Source of the DNA: an uncultured delta proteobacterium
GTDB lineage: Bacteria; Myxococcota_A; Polyangia; Haliangiales; Haliangiaceae
Length of the DNA: 64,000 bases
Reading direction: 5' to 3'
Assembly: GCA_963848295.1 (NCBI GenBank)
Contig: CAWKDB010000002.1
Coordinates: 512,001-576,000, forward strand
Shown: one piece after another, positions 18,470-28,720 of the stretch
How the letters are laid out: the number at the start of each line of letters is the position of its first letter
How positions within the stretch are numbered: the stretch's first letter is position 1
Notes under the pieces: model-generated
Told to the model about the DNA's origin: nothing
Databases searched by the model: none
What the model saw: only the letters and a program-made list of their open reading frames with translations
Position numbers and translations under genes: made by a program

Positions 18470-19921
18470 ATGTTGCGTGTCCGTCGCCTGTCGGTCGTCG
18501 CGCTCGCGCTCGCCGCGTCGCAGGCGCACGGGTCGCCGGTTTCGGATCCGACGTCGGGCCGCTCGGTGTTCACCGGCGCGACGCTGCCCGGCGCCACCTC
18601 GATCTACCTCGATCCGGCCGCGCTCGGGCTCGGCGTCGCGAACGAGATCTACCTCGGAGCGAGCGCGGTCGTCGATCAATCGCGGATCGCGCTGTCGACG
18701 CTCGACATCAACTCCGGCGCGACGGCCGCCGGCCCGGACGTCCACGATGCGAGCCTCGCGCCCGGCGGATTGGCCGCGGCGATCTTCCATCTCGGGAGCG
18801 ACTCGAGCCCGCGGTTCACGCTCGCGGTCTCGCTCCAGGCCACGCCCGGCGAACGCTTCGCCTCCGGCCACGATTCGCTGCGCTACTTCACGCTCGGCGG
18901 CTACGAGCGGACGTACGACGGCGCGGTCGCGGCGGCGATCCGCGTGACGAATGACTTGTTCTTCGGGCTCTCGCTCGCGAGCGACGTCAACTATGTCCAG
19001 CTCCGCTACGCGCGCGACACCGCGCTCGCCGCGGGTCATGGGGCCGGCGGCGTCGACAGCGACTGCGGAGGGTCGCCGTGCGGCGTCGGCAATCCGCAGG
19101 CAACCGAGCAGTACGACATCAAGGCGTCGACGCCGATCATCTCGACCGCGAACCTCGCGGCGAACATCGGCCTGATCTACCAGATCGCGAAGGACGTCTG
19201 GGTCGGCGTCGGGTATCACTCGCCGCCCGGCCTCGCGATCCAGACCGAGCTCAACGGTTCCGCGTCGGTCACGCGCGCGCCGCGCGATGGCGGCAACACG
19301 ATCACCGGCGCGTCGACCGTCGAGGTCTCGCTGCCGGCCAGCGTCGATCTCGAGTTTCGGGCTCGCCTGCCCGGCCGGCTCGATCTCCACGTCGGCGCGC
19401 GATGGGAAGACCTGTCGCGGTTTCGCGGCTACGACGTGCGGACCTACGGCGACGTGTTCGCGGCCAACAACGTGCCCGAGTGGACGGAACGGCCGCGCGG
19501 CATGCACGATCCGCTCGCGGTATGGGCGGGCATCGAGCAGGCCGGAGACCGATGGGGGCTCGGCGAGCGGTTCCGGTTCGGCGCACGGCTCGGCTTCGAG
19601 ACCGCGTCCGTCGACGAGGCGCGGGAATCGCCGACGACGATCGCGCCGACCTCGTTCACCGCGGATGTCGGCGCGCAGGTGCGGCTGTCGCAGAACCTGA
19701 TCGTCGAGCTGACCTACGGCATCCAGTATTTTCCGACGGTCACGGTCACGAAGAGCGAGTACGACCCGCGCGATCAGATCGCGTGCCTCGACAACGGCGT
19801 CGACTACAACACGTCGGTCTGCGATTCGCAGCGCAACGGCTACACGATCGAATCGGGCGACGGCAGCTATCAACGGATCGAGCACGCGATTCGCTTCGCG
19901 CTTCGCTATGACTGGTTCTGA
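18470..19921 (+). CDS. Outer-membrane transporter, FadL/OmpP1-like beta-barrel
   Basis: Signal peptide; ATSIYLDPAALG (FadL-like NPA region); amphipathic strands; ends LRYDWF. Confidence 0.75.
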   Translation: MLRVRRLSVVALALAASQAHGSPVSDPTSGRSVFTGATLPGATSIYLDPAALGLGVANEIYLGASAVVDQSRIALSTLDINSGATAAGPDVHDASLAPGGLAAAIFHLGSDSSPRFTLAVSLQATPGERFASGHDSLRYFTLGGYERTYDGAVAAAIRVTNDLFFGLSLASDVNYVQLRYARDTALAAGHGAGGVDSDCGGSPCGVGNPQATEQYDIKASTPIISTANLAANIGLIYQIAKDVWVGVGYHSPPGLAIQTELNGSASVTRAPRDGGNTITGASTVEVSLPASVDLEFRARLPGRLDLHVGARWEDLSRFRGYDVRTYGDVFAANNVPEWTERPRGMHDPLAVWAGIEQAGDRWGLGERFRFGARLGFETASVDEARESPTTIAPTSFTADVGAQVRLSQNLIVELTYGIQYFPTVTVTKSEYDPRDQIACLDNGVDYNTSVCDSQRNGYTIESGDGSYQRIEHAIRFALRYDWF

Positions 19922-21035
19922 TCCGCTGATCGTCATCCACGGCGCGACCGGGCGGATCGGCCGGCGCGTGTGCAGCGAGCTCGCGGGCGGTCAGCTCGCG
20001 GTCGCCGGGCGCGATCCGGGCAAGCTCGGCACGCTCGGCGTCGCCGACGTACGCGACGTCTACACCGAGGCTGATCTCGAGACCGCGTTCGCCGGCGCGC
20101 GCGTCGTGGTCAACTGCGCGGTCGGCCAAGGCGCCGCCGCGCTCGCCGCCGCGCTCGCCGCCGGTGCCGATTACCTCGACGTCACCGCCGACCAGGCGAA
20201 GATGTTGGCGATGTACGAGCGGTTCGAGTCCGCGGCGCGCCACTCCGGCCTCGTCGCCCTGCCCGGTGCCGGCGTCGCTTGTGCGCTCGGCGATTGGGCG
20301 GCCGCGTGGGCGGCGGCGCACGTCTGCGGCGACGAGCTCGAGGCGACCGAGGTCGTGCGGCGCGTGCCGGCACCGCGCCGCGCCGACGATCGCCCGCTCG
20401 ACGAGATCGCGGTGAGCTACCTGTTCGACGACCTCGTGCTGTCGCCCGCGAGCCAGCGCGAGATCTTCACCGGCTTGCGCGATCGGGCGCTCGTGTGGCG
20501 ACGCGATCGCTGGGAGTCGGTCGCGCCCGCTGCCGCGCGTCGCCGGGTCAACGCCGGCCCGCAGTTCGGCGGCGAGCGCGACGCCGCGTTGTTTCCCGGC
20601 GGCGAAGCGGTCACGGTCCCGCGCCACATCGCCGCACAGCTCGTCCAGACCTACGCGTCGACGACGCGCAACGCCGCCGCGGGAACCGCGCTGCGCTTGC
20701 TCGCCCGCGCGCTGCCGTTCGTGCCGAAGCGCGCCGCCGAGCTGCTCGCGCCGTTCACGCCGGCCGAGTCCGACTACGAGCGCACGCAGTTCGCGATCGT
20801 CGCCCAGGCGCGCCGCGGGTTCGCCGCGGCTCAAGTCGTCGTGTCGGGCCGCGACCTCTACCATACGACCGCGGTGATCGCGGCGTGGATCGCACGGGCG
20901 ATCGCGACCCGCTCGGCGGGGCCGGTCGGCGTGTGCGCGGCGAGCGAGCTGTTCGTACCCTCGCTCGCACTGCACGAGCTCGCGCCGCTCGCCGGGCTTT
21001 CGGTCGAGCCGAGCTTCGGCAGCGGGCGCCGCTGA
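19908..21035 (+). CDS. Saccharopine dehydrogenase-like NAD(P)-binding oxidoreductase
   Basis: GATGRIG, AGRD, VVVNCAV, YLDVTA. Confidence 0.8.
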   Translation: MTGSDPLIVIHGATGRIGRRVCSELAGGQLAVAGRDPGKLGTLGVADVRDVYTEADLETAFAGARVVVNCAVGQGAAALAAALAAGADYLDVTADQAKMLAMYERFESAARHSGLVALPGAGVACALGDWAAAWAAAHVCGDELEATEVVRRVPAPRRADDRPLDEIAVSYLFDDLVLSPASQREIFTGLRDRALVWRRDRWESVAPAAARRRVNAGPQFGGERDAALFPGGEAVTVPRHIAAQLVQTYASTTRNAAAGTALRLLARALPFVPKRAAELLAPFTPAESDYERTQFAIVAQARRGFAAAQVVVSGRDLYHTTAVIAAWIARAIATRSAGPVGVCAASELFVPSLALHELAPLAGLSVEPSFGSGRR

Positions 21036-21054
21036 TCGTGGTACCGTTGCCGTG

Positions 21055-22368
21055 ATGTCGTGGCAGCTCGAGGCCGAAGCATCTGCCGGCCGTGGCGTCA
21101 CGGCGAAGCGCTATCGCTTGAGCAACGGGCTCGGGTTGATCGCGGCGGTCGATCACCGCGCGCCGATCGTCGCGTTGCAGACTTGGTATCGGGTCGGCTC
21201 GCGGCACGAGCGCCCGGGCGCGACCGGGATGGCGCACCTGTTCGAGCACCTGATGTTCGGTCAGACCGAGTCGATGGCGCCGGGCGAATTCGATCGCCTC
21301 GTCGAGCGCACCGGCGGCGAATCGAACGCCGCGACCTGGGTCGACTGGACCTACTACAAGTTGTCGCTGCCGGCGCGCGATCTCGCGCTCGGCGTCAAGC
21401 TCGAGGCCGAGCGGATGCAACACCTCGTGCTCGAGCCCGCACCGGTCGAGGCCGAGCGCGATGTCGTGACGAACGAACGGCGCGAGCGCGTCGAGGACGA
21501 TGTCGACGGCTGGCTCGACGAGCAACTGATGGCGCACGCGTTCACCGAGCATCCGTATCGCTGGCCGACGATCGGCTGGATGGAAGACATCCGCGCGCTC
21601 GCCCTGCCCGACATCCGCGCGTTCTATCGCACGTGGTACGCGCCGAACAACGCGACGATCGTCTGTGTCGGCGACTTCGACGACGAGGAGCTGCGCCGGT
21701 TGATCGAGGACTCCTACGGCGGCATCCCGCCCGCGCAGCTACCCGGGCTTTTGCGCGTGGTCGAGCCCGAGCAGCAGCGCGAGCGAGTCGTGCGCGCTGG
21801 CAAGCCGATCGCGACCGACCGGTTGCTCGTCGGCTACAAGGCGCCGGGCCAGGACCATCCCGATTGGCCGGCGCTCGAGATCGTCGCGACGATGCTCGCC
21901 GGCTGTCCTTCGGCGCGACTGCATCGCCGGCTCGTGATCGAGAAGGAGATCGCATCGTCGGTCGATGCGCAGCTGACGCCGTTCAGCGACCCGTCGTTGC
22001 TCCGGCTCGCGGTGACGACCGCGCGCGACCACGCGGCCGACGAGATCCTCGGCGTGATCGATCACGAGATCGCCGCGATGATCGAATCGCCGCCGACGAA
22101 CGCCGACGTCGAGAAGGCCAAGGCGCTCGCCGAGACCGACTTCTGGCAGTCGCTCGCCGATGTCGACGGCAAGGCCGAGGCGCTCGGTCACTACGAGACC
22201 GCGCTCGGTGATTTCCGCCGGCTCGGCGTCGTGGCGGACCGGCTCGCCGCGGTCACCGCCGAAGACGTCGCCCGCGTGATGCGGTGCTATCTCGTGGCGA
22301 CGAAGCGCACGATCGTGATCGCCGAGCCCGAAACCGAAGCGTCGGACGCCGACGAGAGCGCGGACTAG
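21055..22368 (+). CDS. M16 zinc peptidase, catalytic subunit
   Basis: GSRHE...GMAHLFEHLMF (HXXEH), NAAT, HPYRWPTIG, YAPNNA. Confidence 0.93.
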   Translation: MSWQLEAEASAGRGVTAKRYRLSNGLGLIAAVDHRAPIVALQTWYRVGSRHERPGATGMAHLFEHLMFGQTESMAPGEFDRLVERTGGESNAATWVDWTYYKLSLPARDLALGVKLEAERMQHLVLEPAPVEAERDVVTNERRERVEDDVDGWLDEQLMAHAFTEHPYRWPTIGWMEDIRALALPDIRAFYRTWYAPNNATIVCVGDFDDEELRRLIEDSYGGIPPAQLPGLLRVVEPEQQRERVVRAGKPIATDRLLVGYKAPGQDHPDWPALEIVATMLAGCPSARLHRRLVIEKEIASSVDAQLTPFSDPSLLRLAVTTARDHAADEILGVIDHEIAAMIESPPTNADVEKAKALAETDFWQSLADVDGKAEALGHYETALGDFRRLGVVADRLAAVTAEDVARVMRCYLVATKRTIVIAEPETEASDADESAD

Positions 22369-22370
22369 CG

Positions 22371-23648
22371 ATGGCTCCCGTCGTGATCGTCGAGGCGTCG
22401 CCCGATACGCCGCTCGTGTGGTTCGACGTCGCGGTCCGCGGCGGCGCGGCCGCCGATCCGATCGGCTCCGAGGGCCTGCATCGCCACACGTCCCTGTTGG
22501 CGCGCCGCGGCGCCGGGACGCGCGACCGCGCCCAGCTCGACGACACGCTCGACTCGCTCGGTGCCGCGCTCGACATGTCGATCTCGCGCGATGCGGTCAC
22601 GCTGTCCGGCCTCGTCCTGTCGCGTCACCTCGATGCGGCGATCGGGCTGTGCGCCGACGTCCTCGCCGCACCGGCGTTCAGCGAGGACGAGCACGCGCGC
22701 CTGTTGCGCGAGACTCCGCAAGTGCTCGACGAGATCCGCGACGACGACAGCATCCTCGCCACCCGCTACTTCGACCGCCACGTCTGCCCGGGACATCCCT
22801 ACGCCCGCACGACGATCGGGACGAACAAGTCGCTCGAGCAGTTCACGCGCGACGCCTCGATCGCGACGTGGCGGCGCGAGGTCGTGCCGGACAACCTCGT
22901 GATCGGCCTGGCCGGCGACATCGACCATGCGGCGGCGACGAGGATCGTCGATCGGCTCACCGCCGGCCTGGCGTCCGGTCGCCGGCTGCCGCCACCCGAG
23001 ATCATCCACCCACCGAGCACCGGCCGAAAGGTCATCCTCGTCGACAAGGCCGAGCGCACGCAGGCGCAGATCCGGATCGGCCATCTGTCCGCGCGCTATG
23101 GCCACGAGGACACCGCCGCGCTCGCGATCGCCGAAGCGGTGCTCGGCGGCATGTTCAGCTCGCGGTTGATGCAAGAGATCCGGGTCAAGCGCGGTTGGAG
23201 CTACGGCGCCGGTTGCGCACTGCGGCGCTCGCGGTTGCCGCACTGGTTCGAGATCTGGATGGCCGCCGGCATCGACGTCGCCGGCCCGGCGATCGCGCTC
23301 ACGCTCGATCTCTACGCCGACTACGCGGCGCACGGCCCGACCGACGACGAATTCGAATTCGCGCGCAGCTATCTGATCGGCGCGATGCCGTTTCACGTCG
23401 CGACCGCACGCCAGCGCATGCAGCTCGCGGTGCGCGATGCGGTGTTCGACCTACCCGCCGACTTTACTGCGCGGTTGCCCGAAGCGCTCGGCGCGTTGAC
23501 CGCGGCCGACGTCCGCGCCGCGTGCGCGCGTCAGCTCCATCCGAACGATGCGGTCACGATCGCGGTGACGACGGCGGAGAACGCCAAGGCGGCGCTCGAT
23601 GCCGCGGGTGCCGGCGCGCTCTCGGTGTTCGGCCACGATTACTACTGA
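22371..23648 (+). CDS. M16 peptidase, non-catalytic partner subunit
   Basis: HPYAR, LGGMFSSRLMQEIRVKRGWSY; no HXXEH. Confidence 0.9.
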   Translation: MAPVVIVEASPDTPLVWFDVAVRGGAAADPIGSEGLHRHTSLLARRGAGTRDRAQLDDTLDSLGAALDMSISRDAVTLSGLVLSRHLDAAIGLCADVLAAPAFSEDEHARLLRETPQVLDEIRDDDSILATRYFDRHVCPGHPYARTTIGTNKSLEQFTRDASIATWRREVVPDNLVIGLAGDIDHAAATRIVDRLTAGLASGRRLPPPEIIHPPSTGRKVILVDKAERTQAQIRIGHLSARYGHEDTAALAIAEAVLGGMFSSRLMQEIRVKRGWSYGAGCALRRSRLPHWFEIWMAAGIDVAGPAIALTLDLYADYAAHGPTDDEFEFARSYLIGAMPFHVATARQRMQLAVRDAVFDLPADFTARLPEALGALTAADVRAACARQLHPNDAVTIAVTTAENAKAALDAAGAGALSVFGHDYY

Positions 23649-23651
23649 GCA

Positions 23652-24998
23652 TCAGACCAACGGCGCGACGAGCCGCGCCAGGTCGCTGAGCATCGTCCGT
23701 GTCATCGCGTCGGTCGCGCACCGCGCCATCTGGTGCGTGAACCACTGTTCGATCCACGTCACCGACGCCGGCGCGCGCGTCACCATCGACATCTCGAAAT
23801 CAAGGAACAGGCTGCGCATGTCGAAGTTCGCCGAACCGGCGACGATCCAATCGTCGGCGAGCACGACCTTGGCATGGAGCATCTGCGGCAGGCGGAACAC
23901 GCGGACGCCGACGTCGGCGAGCGACGCCAGATAGCTTCGGCCGACGAGATCGGCGACGCGATGGTTCGACCGCGCCGGCACGAGGACGCGGACATCGACA
24001 CCGCGCCGCGCCGCGAGCTCCAGGCCGCGCTCGAGCGCGGGATCGGGCGTGAAGTACGGCGTCGCGATCCACAGCCGCTCGCGCGCGACGAACGTGAGCT
24101 GGAGCAACACCTCGTAGATCGGATCGTCACCCGCATCGGGCCCCGACGGCACGAGCGCGATCGAGTCGTCACCGATCGCGGCGGGCACCGGCGCCGGCGG
24201 CAGATCCTCGCCGGTCGCGAACTTCCAGTCGGCGCGAAACACCTCGTCGGCGCGCGCGACCGCGGGGCCGCGCAGCTGCCACGACAGATCCTCCCAGCGT
24301 CCTGGCGCGGGCTGCGGCCCCATGTATTCGGTCGCGATGTTGCGGCCGCCGAGCAACGCGACCTCACCATCGACGACGACGATCTTGCGATGGTTCCGCA
24401 GGTTGGTCCGACCGCGGCCGCGGCCGGGTAAGCGGAACAGGGGCTCGAACACGGCGAGCTCACCGCCGTGGGCGACGAGGCGACGCCCGGCACGCTTGCG
24501 GCTGCGGTTGACGAGCAGGCCGTCGAGCAGCAACTCGACCTTCACGCCGGCGGTGGCGCGTTCGACCAGCCGATCGATGATCGCGTTCGCGACGTCGTCG
24601 TCTCCGAGCACGAACGTCGCGATCCGGATCGACTGCTGCGCGCCTTCGAGCAGCGCGCACAGCTTGGCGAACGCGACCTCGCCATTGGCATGCCACTCGA
24701 TCGCGTGTCCGGTCTCCGGCACACCCGCGCCGGTCGCGGCGAGGACTCGTTCGACCGCACCTTCGGGGCGCACCGCGGTCTTGCCGCGCTCGACGCCCGG
24801 CTTCTGGCGCGCGCGACGCAGCTTGCGACCGCCGAAAAAGAAATACAGCGGGACGCCGAGCCACGGGACGAGCGCGATCGCGAGCAACCACGCCGCGGTG
24901 CTGCCGGGCGGCCGCCGATCGCGGACGACGAGCGCCGCGAACGCGAGCGCGAGCGCGACACCTAGGACCGTCCCGAAATGACCGAACCACCAGTGCAC
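23652..24998 (-). CDS. cls: Cardiolipin synthase (PLD family)
   Basis: Two N-terminal TM helices; NHRKIVVVD and LHAKVVLAD HKD motifs; SGPD, TPYF, GSANFDMRS. Confidence 0.9.
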   Translation of the reverse strand: MHWWFGHFGTVLGVALALAFAALVVRDRRPPGSTAAWLLAIALVPWLGVPLYFFFGGRKLRRARQKPGVERGKTAVRPEGAVERVLAATGAGVPETGHAIEWHANGEVAFAKLCALLEGAQQSIRIATFVLGDDDVANAIIDRLVERATAGVKVELLLDGLLVNRSRKRAGRRLVAHGGELAVFEPLFRLPGRGRGRTNLRNHRKIVVVDGEVALLGGRNIATEYMGPQPAPGRWEDLSWQLRGPAVARADEVFRADWKFATGEDLPPAPVPAAIGDDSIALVPSGPDAGDDPIYEVLLQLTFVARERLWIATPYFTPDPALERGLELAARRGVDVRVLVPARSNHRVADLVGRSYLASLADVGVRVFRLPQMLHAKVVLADDWIVAGSANFDMRSLFLDFEMSMVTRAPASVTWIEQWFTHQMARCATDAMTRTMLSDLARLVAPLV

Positions 24999-25069
24999 GC
25001 CGCCGAGAACTTACCCCGGACGCGTGCGCTGATGGTTCGATGGTGACGATCGAACGCGACGGCCGTCGC

Positions 25070-25801
25070 TTACTTCTTCTTGATGTTGCCGGAGGAGTGA
25101 ACCGGCGCGGAGTGAACCGTCGCCCTGGGCGCCGCGTGAACCGGCGCGTTGACGTGGCCACCGGCGGTCACGTTGCCGTGAACCTCGCCGTGAACCTCGG
25201 GCGCATGAACCTCGGGCGCGTGAACTTCGCCGCGAACCTCGGGCCCGTGAACCTCGCCACGAACTTCCGGCCCGTGAACCTCGCCGTGGACGTTGCCACG
25301 GACTTCCGGCCCGTGAACCTCGCCGTGGACGTTGCCGCGAACTTCGGGCCCGTGAACCTCGCCACGGACCTCGGCGCGGGGCTCGATCCGACCACTGACG
25401 CCAATACGGCCGTGGACGACGCCCTCCGGGTGATAGTGACCGTACCGGTTGACGTCGCCGATCGTACGGAAGCGCTCCGGGTAGCGGTCATTACGGACCC
25501 AGCCGCCGGTGTGGTAACGCGAGCTCATCCACACGCCGTTCTCCTGGCGCCAGTACAGGCCGTCCGAGAAGAACACGGGGTAGTCGTAGTCATAGACAAC
25601 CTGTACGCCAGGGCTCACCTCGACGAGGTCGGGCTCGACGTAGTCCGCCGGCGGAGCGGCGACTTCGACGGTGGCGACCGGTGCAGCAACGCCGACCTCG
25701 ACGACCGGCGGCGGCGGAACATAGACGTGAGCGTTGTAGCCGACGCGGGCAGCGCAGCCCGCGGTGAGCGCGAACAGGAACGAGGTAGAAACGAGTCTCA
25801 T
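25070..25801 (-). CDS. Lipoprotein with GEVHGPEVR repeats
   Basis: GGAGG RBS; lipobox TAGC; repeat block about 25170-25375. Confidence 0.8.
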   Translation of the reverse strand: MRLVSTSFLFALTAGCAARVGYNAHVYVPPPPVVEVGVAAPVATVEVAAPPADYVEPDLVEVSPGVQVVYDYDYPVFFSDGLYWRQENGVWMSSRYHTGGWVRNDRYPERFRTIGDVNRYGHYHPEGVVHGRIGVSGRIEPRAEVRGEVHGPEVRGNVHGEVHGPEVRGNVHGEVHGPEVRGEVHGPEVRGEVHAPEVHAPEVHGEVHGNVTAGGHVNAPVHAAPRATVHSAPVHSSGNIKKK

Positions 25802-25834
25802 GAATCCTCCGGGTGCGCAGACTAACAGCGTTTG

Positions 25835-26254
25835 TTACGGCGTGCAGGTGTAAACGCTATTAACCCCACCCTGGCCGTCCGGGACGGTGTCAGAGTTTGC
25901 CGGGTCGGGAATCCAAGTAGTTCCGTCGACGATAAACTTGTACAAATACGAGCCTTGGGGGAAGCCGTAGCTCACGGTCCAGGCGCTGTCGGCGCCTAGG
26001 ACCAGTGGCACGGCGCCGGCCCCGGGATCGGCTGGCCAGCTCAAGAAGTCGCCGCTCAACCAGACCGAGCTCGCGCTCGCATAACCGGCGAGCCGGAATT
26101 GATACATGCAAGCTGCGGCCGGGCCGTCGTGGCCGGCGTCGCGGGCGGTTCCGTCTTGCGCGCCATCGACCGCGCCGTCGACCGCCGGCTCCTTGCCGTA
26201 ACCAGGGGGCCGGCACGCCGGGAGTACGAGGGCGAGGATCAGGGCGAAACGCAT
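25835..26254 (-). CDS. Lipoprotein with glycogen-binding (AMPK-beta/CBM48-like) domain
   Basis: Lipobox LPAC; SVWLSGDFLSW, YLYKFIVDGTTWIPDP, DGQGGVNS. Confidence 0.85.
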   Translation of the reverse strand: MRFALILALVLPACRPPGYGKEPAVDGAVDGAQDGTARDAGHDGPAAACMYQFRLAGYASASSVWLSGDFLSWPADPGAGAVPLVLGADSAWTVSYGFPQGSYLYKFIVDGTTWIPDPANSDTVPDGQGGVNSVYTCTP

Positions 26255-26267
26255 CGCGCTCGCGATT

Positions 26268-26283
26268 TTCAAGCGACGTGCCA
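26268..26283 (-). promoter_or_regulatory. Candidate sigma54 promoter of the CBM48-like gene
   Basis: Minus strand TGGCACGTCGCTTGAA (consensus TGGCACG; -12 element TTGA instead of TTGC). Confidence 0.6.
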
Positions 26284-26353
26284 TTCCAAGCCGCAGCCGG
26301 CGCCACTGCGGAGCCGCGGCCGTCGACAATGGCACCGCGCGCGATCCCACCGA

Positions 26354-26369
26354 CGTTTCGTTTTGCAAC
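26354..26369. promoter_or_regulatory. Candidate upstream activator site
   Basis: CGTTTCGTTTTGCAAC, 14/16 identical to 52059-52074. Confidence 0.6.
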
Positions 26370-26408
26370 TCCGGCCGGCTAGGTCCTGGGAACCTGCGAG
26401 CAAAACCG

Positions 26409-26424
26409 GGGCATGGATCGTGCG
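26409..26424 (+). promoter_or_regulatory. Candidate sigma54 promoter of the GH15/ABC operon
   Basis: GGGCATGGATCGTGCG = GG-N10-GC, 14 nt before ATG 26438. Confidence 0.5.
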
Positions 26425-26437
26425 AAGGGGCGGTGCG

Positions 26438-28720
26438 ATGCGCCGTCTCGCCCTCGCCCTCGCGATCGCCACGACCGCCGCGGTCGCTCGGCCGGCGATC
26501 GCGATCACGCCGGTGCCGTCGTTCTCGTACCTCGTGACCGGCAACGGCTTCGGCTTTCAGGTGTTCGACATCAGCGCCGGGGCGATCAAGCAGTACCTCG
26601 AGCATCCGTATCGCTATCTGCGCTCGAACCCGGCGAACCCGGACGGCGAAGGCATCGTCCGGCGCAACCTCGCGTTCGACACGTACTTCGGAGTCCAGGT
26701 CGGCGCCACGTCGCAGTGGCTCGGCGGCGTCGCGCCGAGCGAGATCGGTTACGTCAACGAGTCGAACATGATCCGGTCGGCCGTGAATGTCGGGCCGCTG
26801 ACCACCGAGTCATTCTTCTCGGCGCCGTTCGGCTACGCCGGCAACGCGCTCGTGATGATGCTCAAGGTCACGAACAACGCGGCGACCGCGCAGACCGTGA
26901 CCGCGTACGCGATCCACAACTTCAAGATGGGCACGGCGACCGATCCGGACAACCCCGGCGCCGACGGTGAATCGATCGCGTGGGACGGCACGCACGCGAC
27001 CGAGACCGGGCCCGGTGGCGGCACGATGATCTACGTCCCGATCGGCGGCGCCGACGCGTCGAGCTGCAACGCGAGCTCGTACGACACCGTCGCCGCCGGC
27101 GGTCAGCTCGCAGCGCCGTCGACGTGCGCCGGCACCGACATCAAGAACGCGTTCCAGAAGAACCTCGGGTCGATCGCGCCGGGTGCGAGCGCATGGTTCG
27201 GCGTCGCGGTGCTCTACACCGACGGCAGCGCGGCGACGACCGAGGCGGCGTGGTCGACGTTCCTCGCAGGCCAGACGCCAGATGCGCTGTACGCGTCGAT
27301 CCTCGCGGAGCAAGAAGCCGCGCGCACGACGCCCGCGCCCGGGATGAACGCGCCCGAGACCGCGGTGTGGCGCCAGGCCGAGACCACGCTGCGGATGGGC
27401 CAGATCATGGAGCCGTACTCGCAATCGCCGCGCGCGAAGAACACCGGGATGATGCTCGCGAGCCTGCCGCCCGGCGCGTGGCATACCGGTTGGGTCCGCG
27501 ACGCGACCTACGCGATCGACGCGCTCGCGCGCACCGGCCACGGCGCACAGGCCAAGGCGGCGTTGAACTTCTTTCTCGACGCCGACGCCGATCAATACGG
27601 CTCGTTTCTCAACAACGTCGACTATCGAGTCAGCGTCGTGCGCTACTTCGGCGACGGGCTCGAGGAAGCCGACTACTCCGGCGAGCCGACGCGCAACATC
27701 GAGATCGACGGATGGGGCCTCGTCATGTGGGCGGCGCGCAACTACGTCGACTCGACCGGCGATCTCGGTTGGCTCGCGGAGATGACCGAGAAGGGCGACA
27801 CCGTCTACGACGCGATCAAGAACGGCATCGCGGAGCCGCTCGCCGCGAACCTCGAAGCGAACGGCATGGCCGTCGCCGATGCCTCGATCTGGGAGGTCCA
27901 CTGGGGCAACCGCCAGCACTTCCTCTACACGACCGCGGCCGCTGCTCGCGGGTTCTGCGACATGGCGACGCTCGCGCGCCGCGCCGGTCGGACCGACGAC
28001 ATCGCGCGCTACAAGCTGCTCGCGCAGAACGCGACGAACGCGCTGAAGGCGAACTTCATCGACTCGAAGAACGTGCTCGCCGGCTCGCTCGAGCGGCTCG
28101 CGTCGGGCTCGAACTACCACGATGGCTCGACCGTCGAGGCCGTGACGTTCTCGCTGCTCGATCCGGCCGACCCGATCGCGACGGCGACGCTCGGCGCACT
28201 GTCGTACTTGCAGACGCCGGCGGGCGGGTACAAGCGGCTCGAAGGCTCGAGCGACGAGTACGACACCGACGAGTGGATCCTGATCGATCTGCGCGCGGCG
28301 GACGCGTTTCGCCGCGCCGGCAACGGCCCGCAAGGGGATGCCCTGCTCGACTGGGTCACCGGTCAGGCCTCGGTGAACTACAACCTCTTGCCCGAGCTGT
28401 ACAACACGCAGTCGGCGAGCGGCGCGATCGGCGCGTACTCGGGGAGCATCCCGATGGTCGGCTACGGCGCGGGTGCGTTCATGCTGACGATGCTCGATCG
28501 CGTGCAGCTCTACGAGCACACCGATTGCGGTGACGAAGATCTGAGCGACTATCCCGATGCGGGCGCGGTGATTCCGACCGGCGGCGATGCGGGCGCCGGC
28601 AACGGCGAGACCGGGCGCACCGGCATCGCGTGCGCGTGCAACGGCGGTCCGGGCTCGGGCGGCACCGCGGTCGCGCTGTTTGTCGTCGCGCTGGTCGTCA
28701 CCCGCAAGAGGCGGTCGTGA
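26438..28720 (+). CDS. Secreted GH15 glucoamylase-like glycoside hydrolase with MYXO-CTERM-type anchor
   Basis: Signal peptide; ASLP...WVRDA, EIDG, SIWE, LLPE motifs; C-terminal CAC-Gly linker-TM-RKRR. Confidence 0.82.
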   Translation: MRRLALALAIATTAAVARPAIAITPVPSFSYLVTGNGFGFQVFDISAGAIKQYLEHPYRYLRSNPANPDGEGIVRRNLAFDTYFGVQVGATSQWLGGVAPSEIGYVNESNMIRSAVNVGPLTTESFFSAPFGYAGNALVMMLKVTNNAATAQTVTAYAIHNFKMGTATDPDNPGADGESIAWDGTHATETGPGGGTMIYVPIGGADASSCNASSYDTVAAGGQLAAPSTCAGTDIKNAFQKNLGSIAPGASAWFGVAVLYTDGSAATTEAAWSTFLAGQTPDALYASILAEQEAARTTPAPGMNAPETAVWRQAETTLRMGQIMEPYSQSPRAKNTGMMLASLPPGAWHTGWVRDATYAIDALARTGHGAQAKAALNFFLDADADQYGSFLNNVDYRVSVVRYFGDGLEEADYSGEPTRNIEIDGWGLVMWAARNYVDSTGDLGWLAEMTEKGDTVYDAIKNGIAEPLAANLEANGMAVADASIWEVHWGNRQHFLYTTAAAARGFCDMATLARRAGRTDDIARYKLLAQNATNALKANFIDSKNVLAGSLERLASGSNYHDGSTVEAVTFSLLDPADPIATATLGALSYLQTPAGGYKRLEGSSDEYDTDEWILIDLRAADAFRRAGNGPQGDALLDWVTGQASVNYNLLPELYNTQSASGAIGAYSGSIPMVGYGAGAFMLTMLDRVQLYEHTDCGDEDLSDYPDAGAVIPTGGDAGAGNGETGRTGIACACNGGPGSGGTAVALFVVALVVTRKRRS

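Noticed and set aside
25035..25055. GTTCGAT-7nt-ATCGAAC hairpin resembling the element terminus
   Set aside because: Only a 7-bp stem; more simply an intergenic stem-loop after the 25070 stop.
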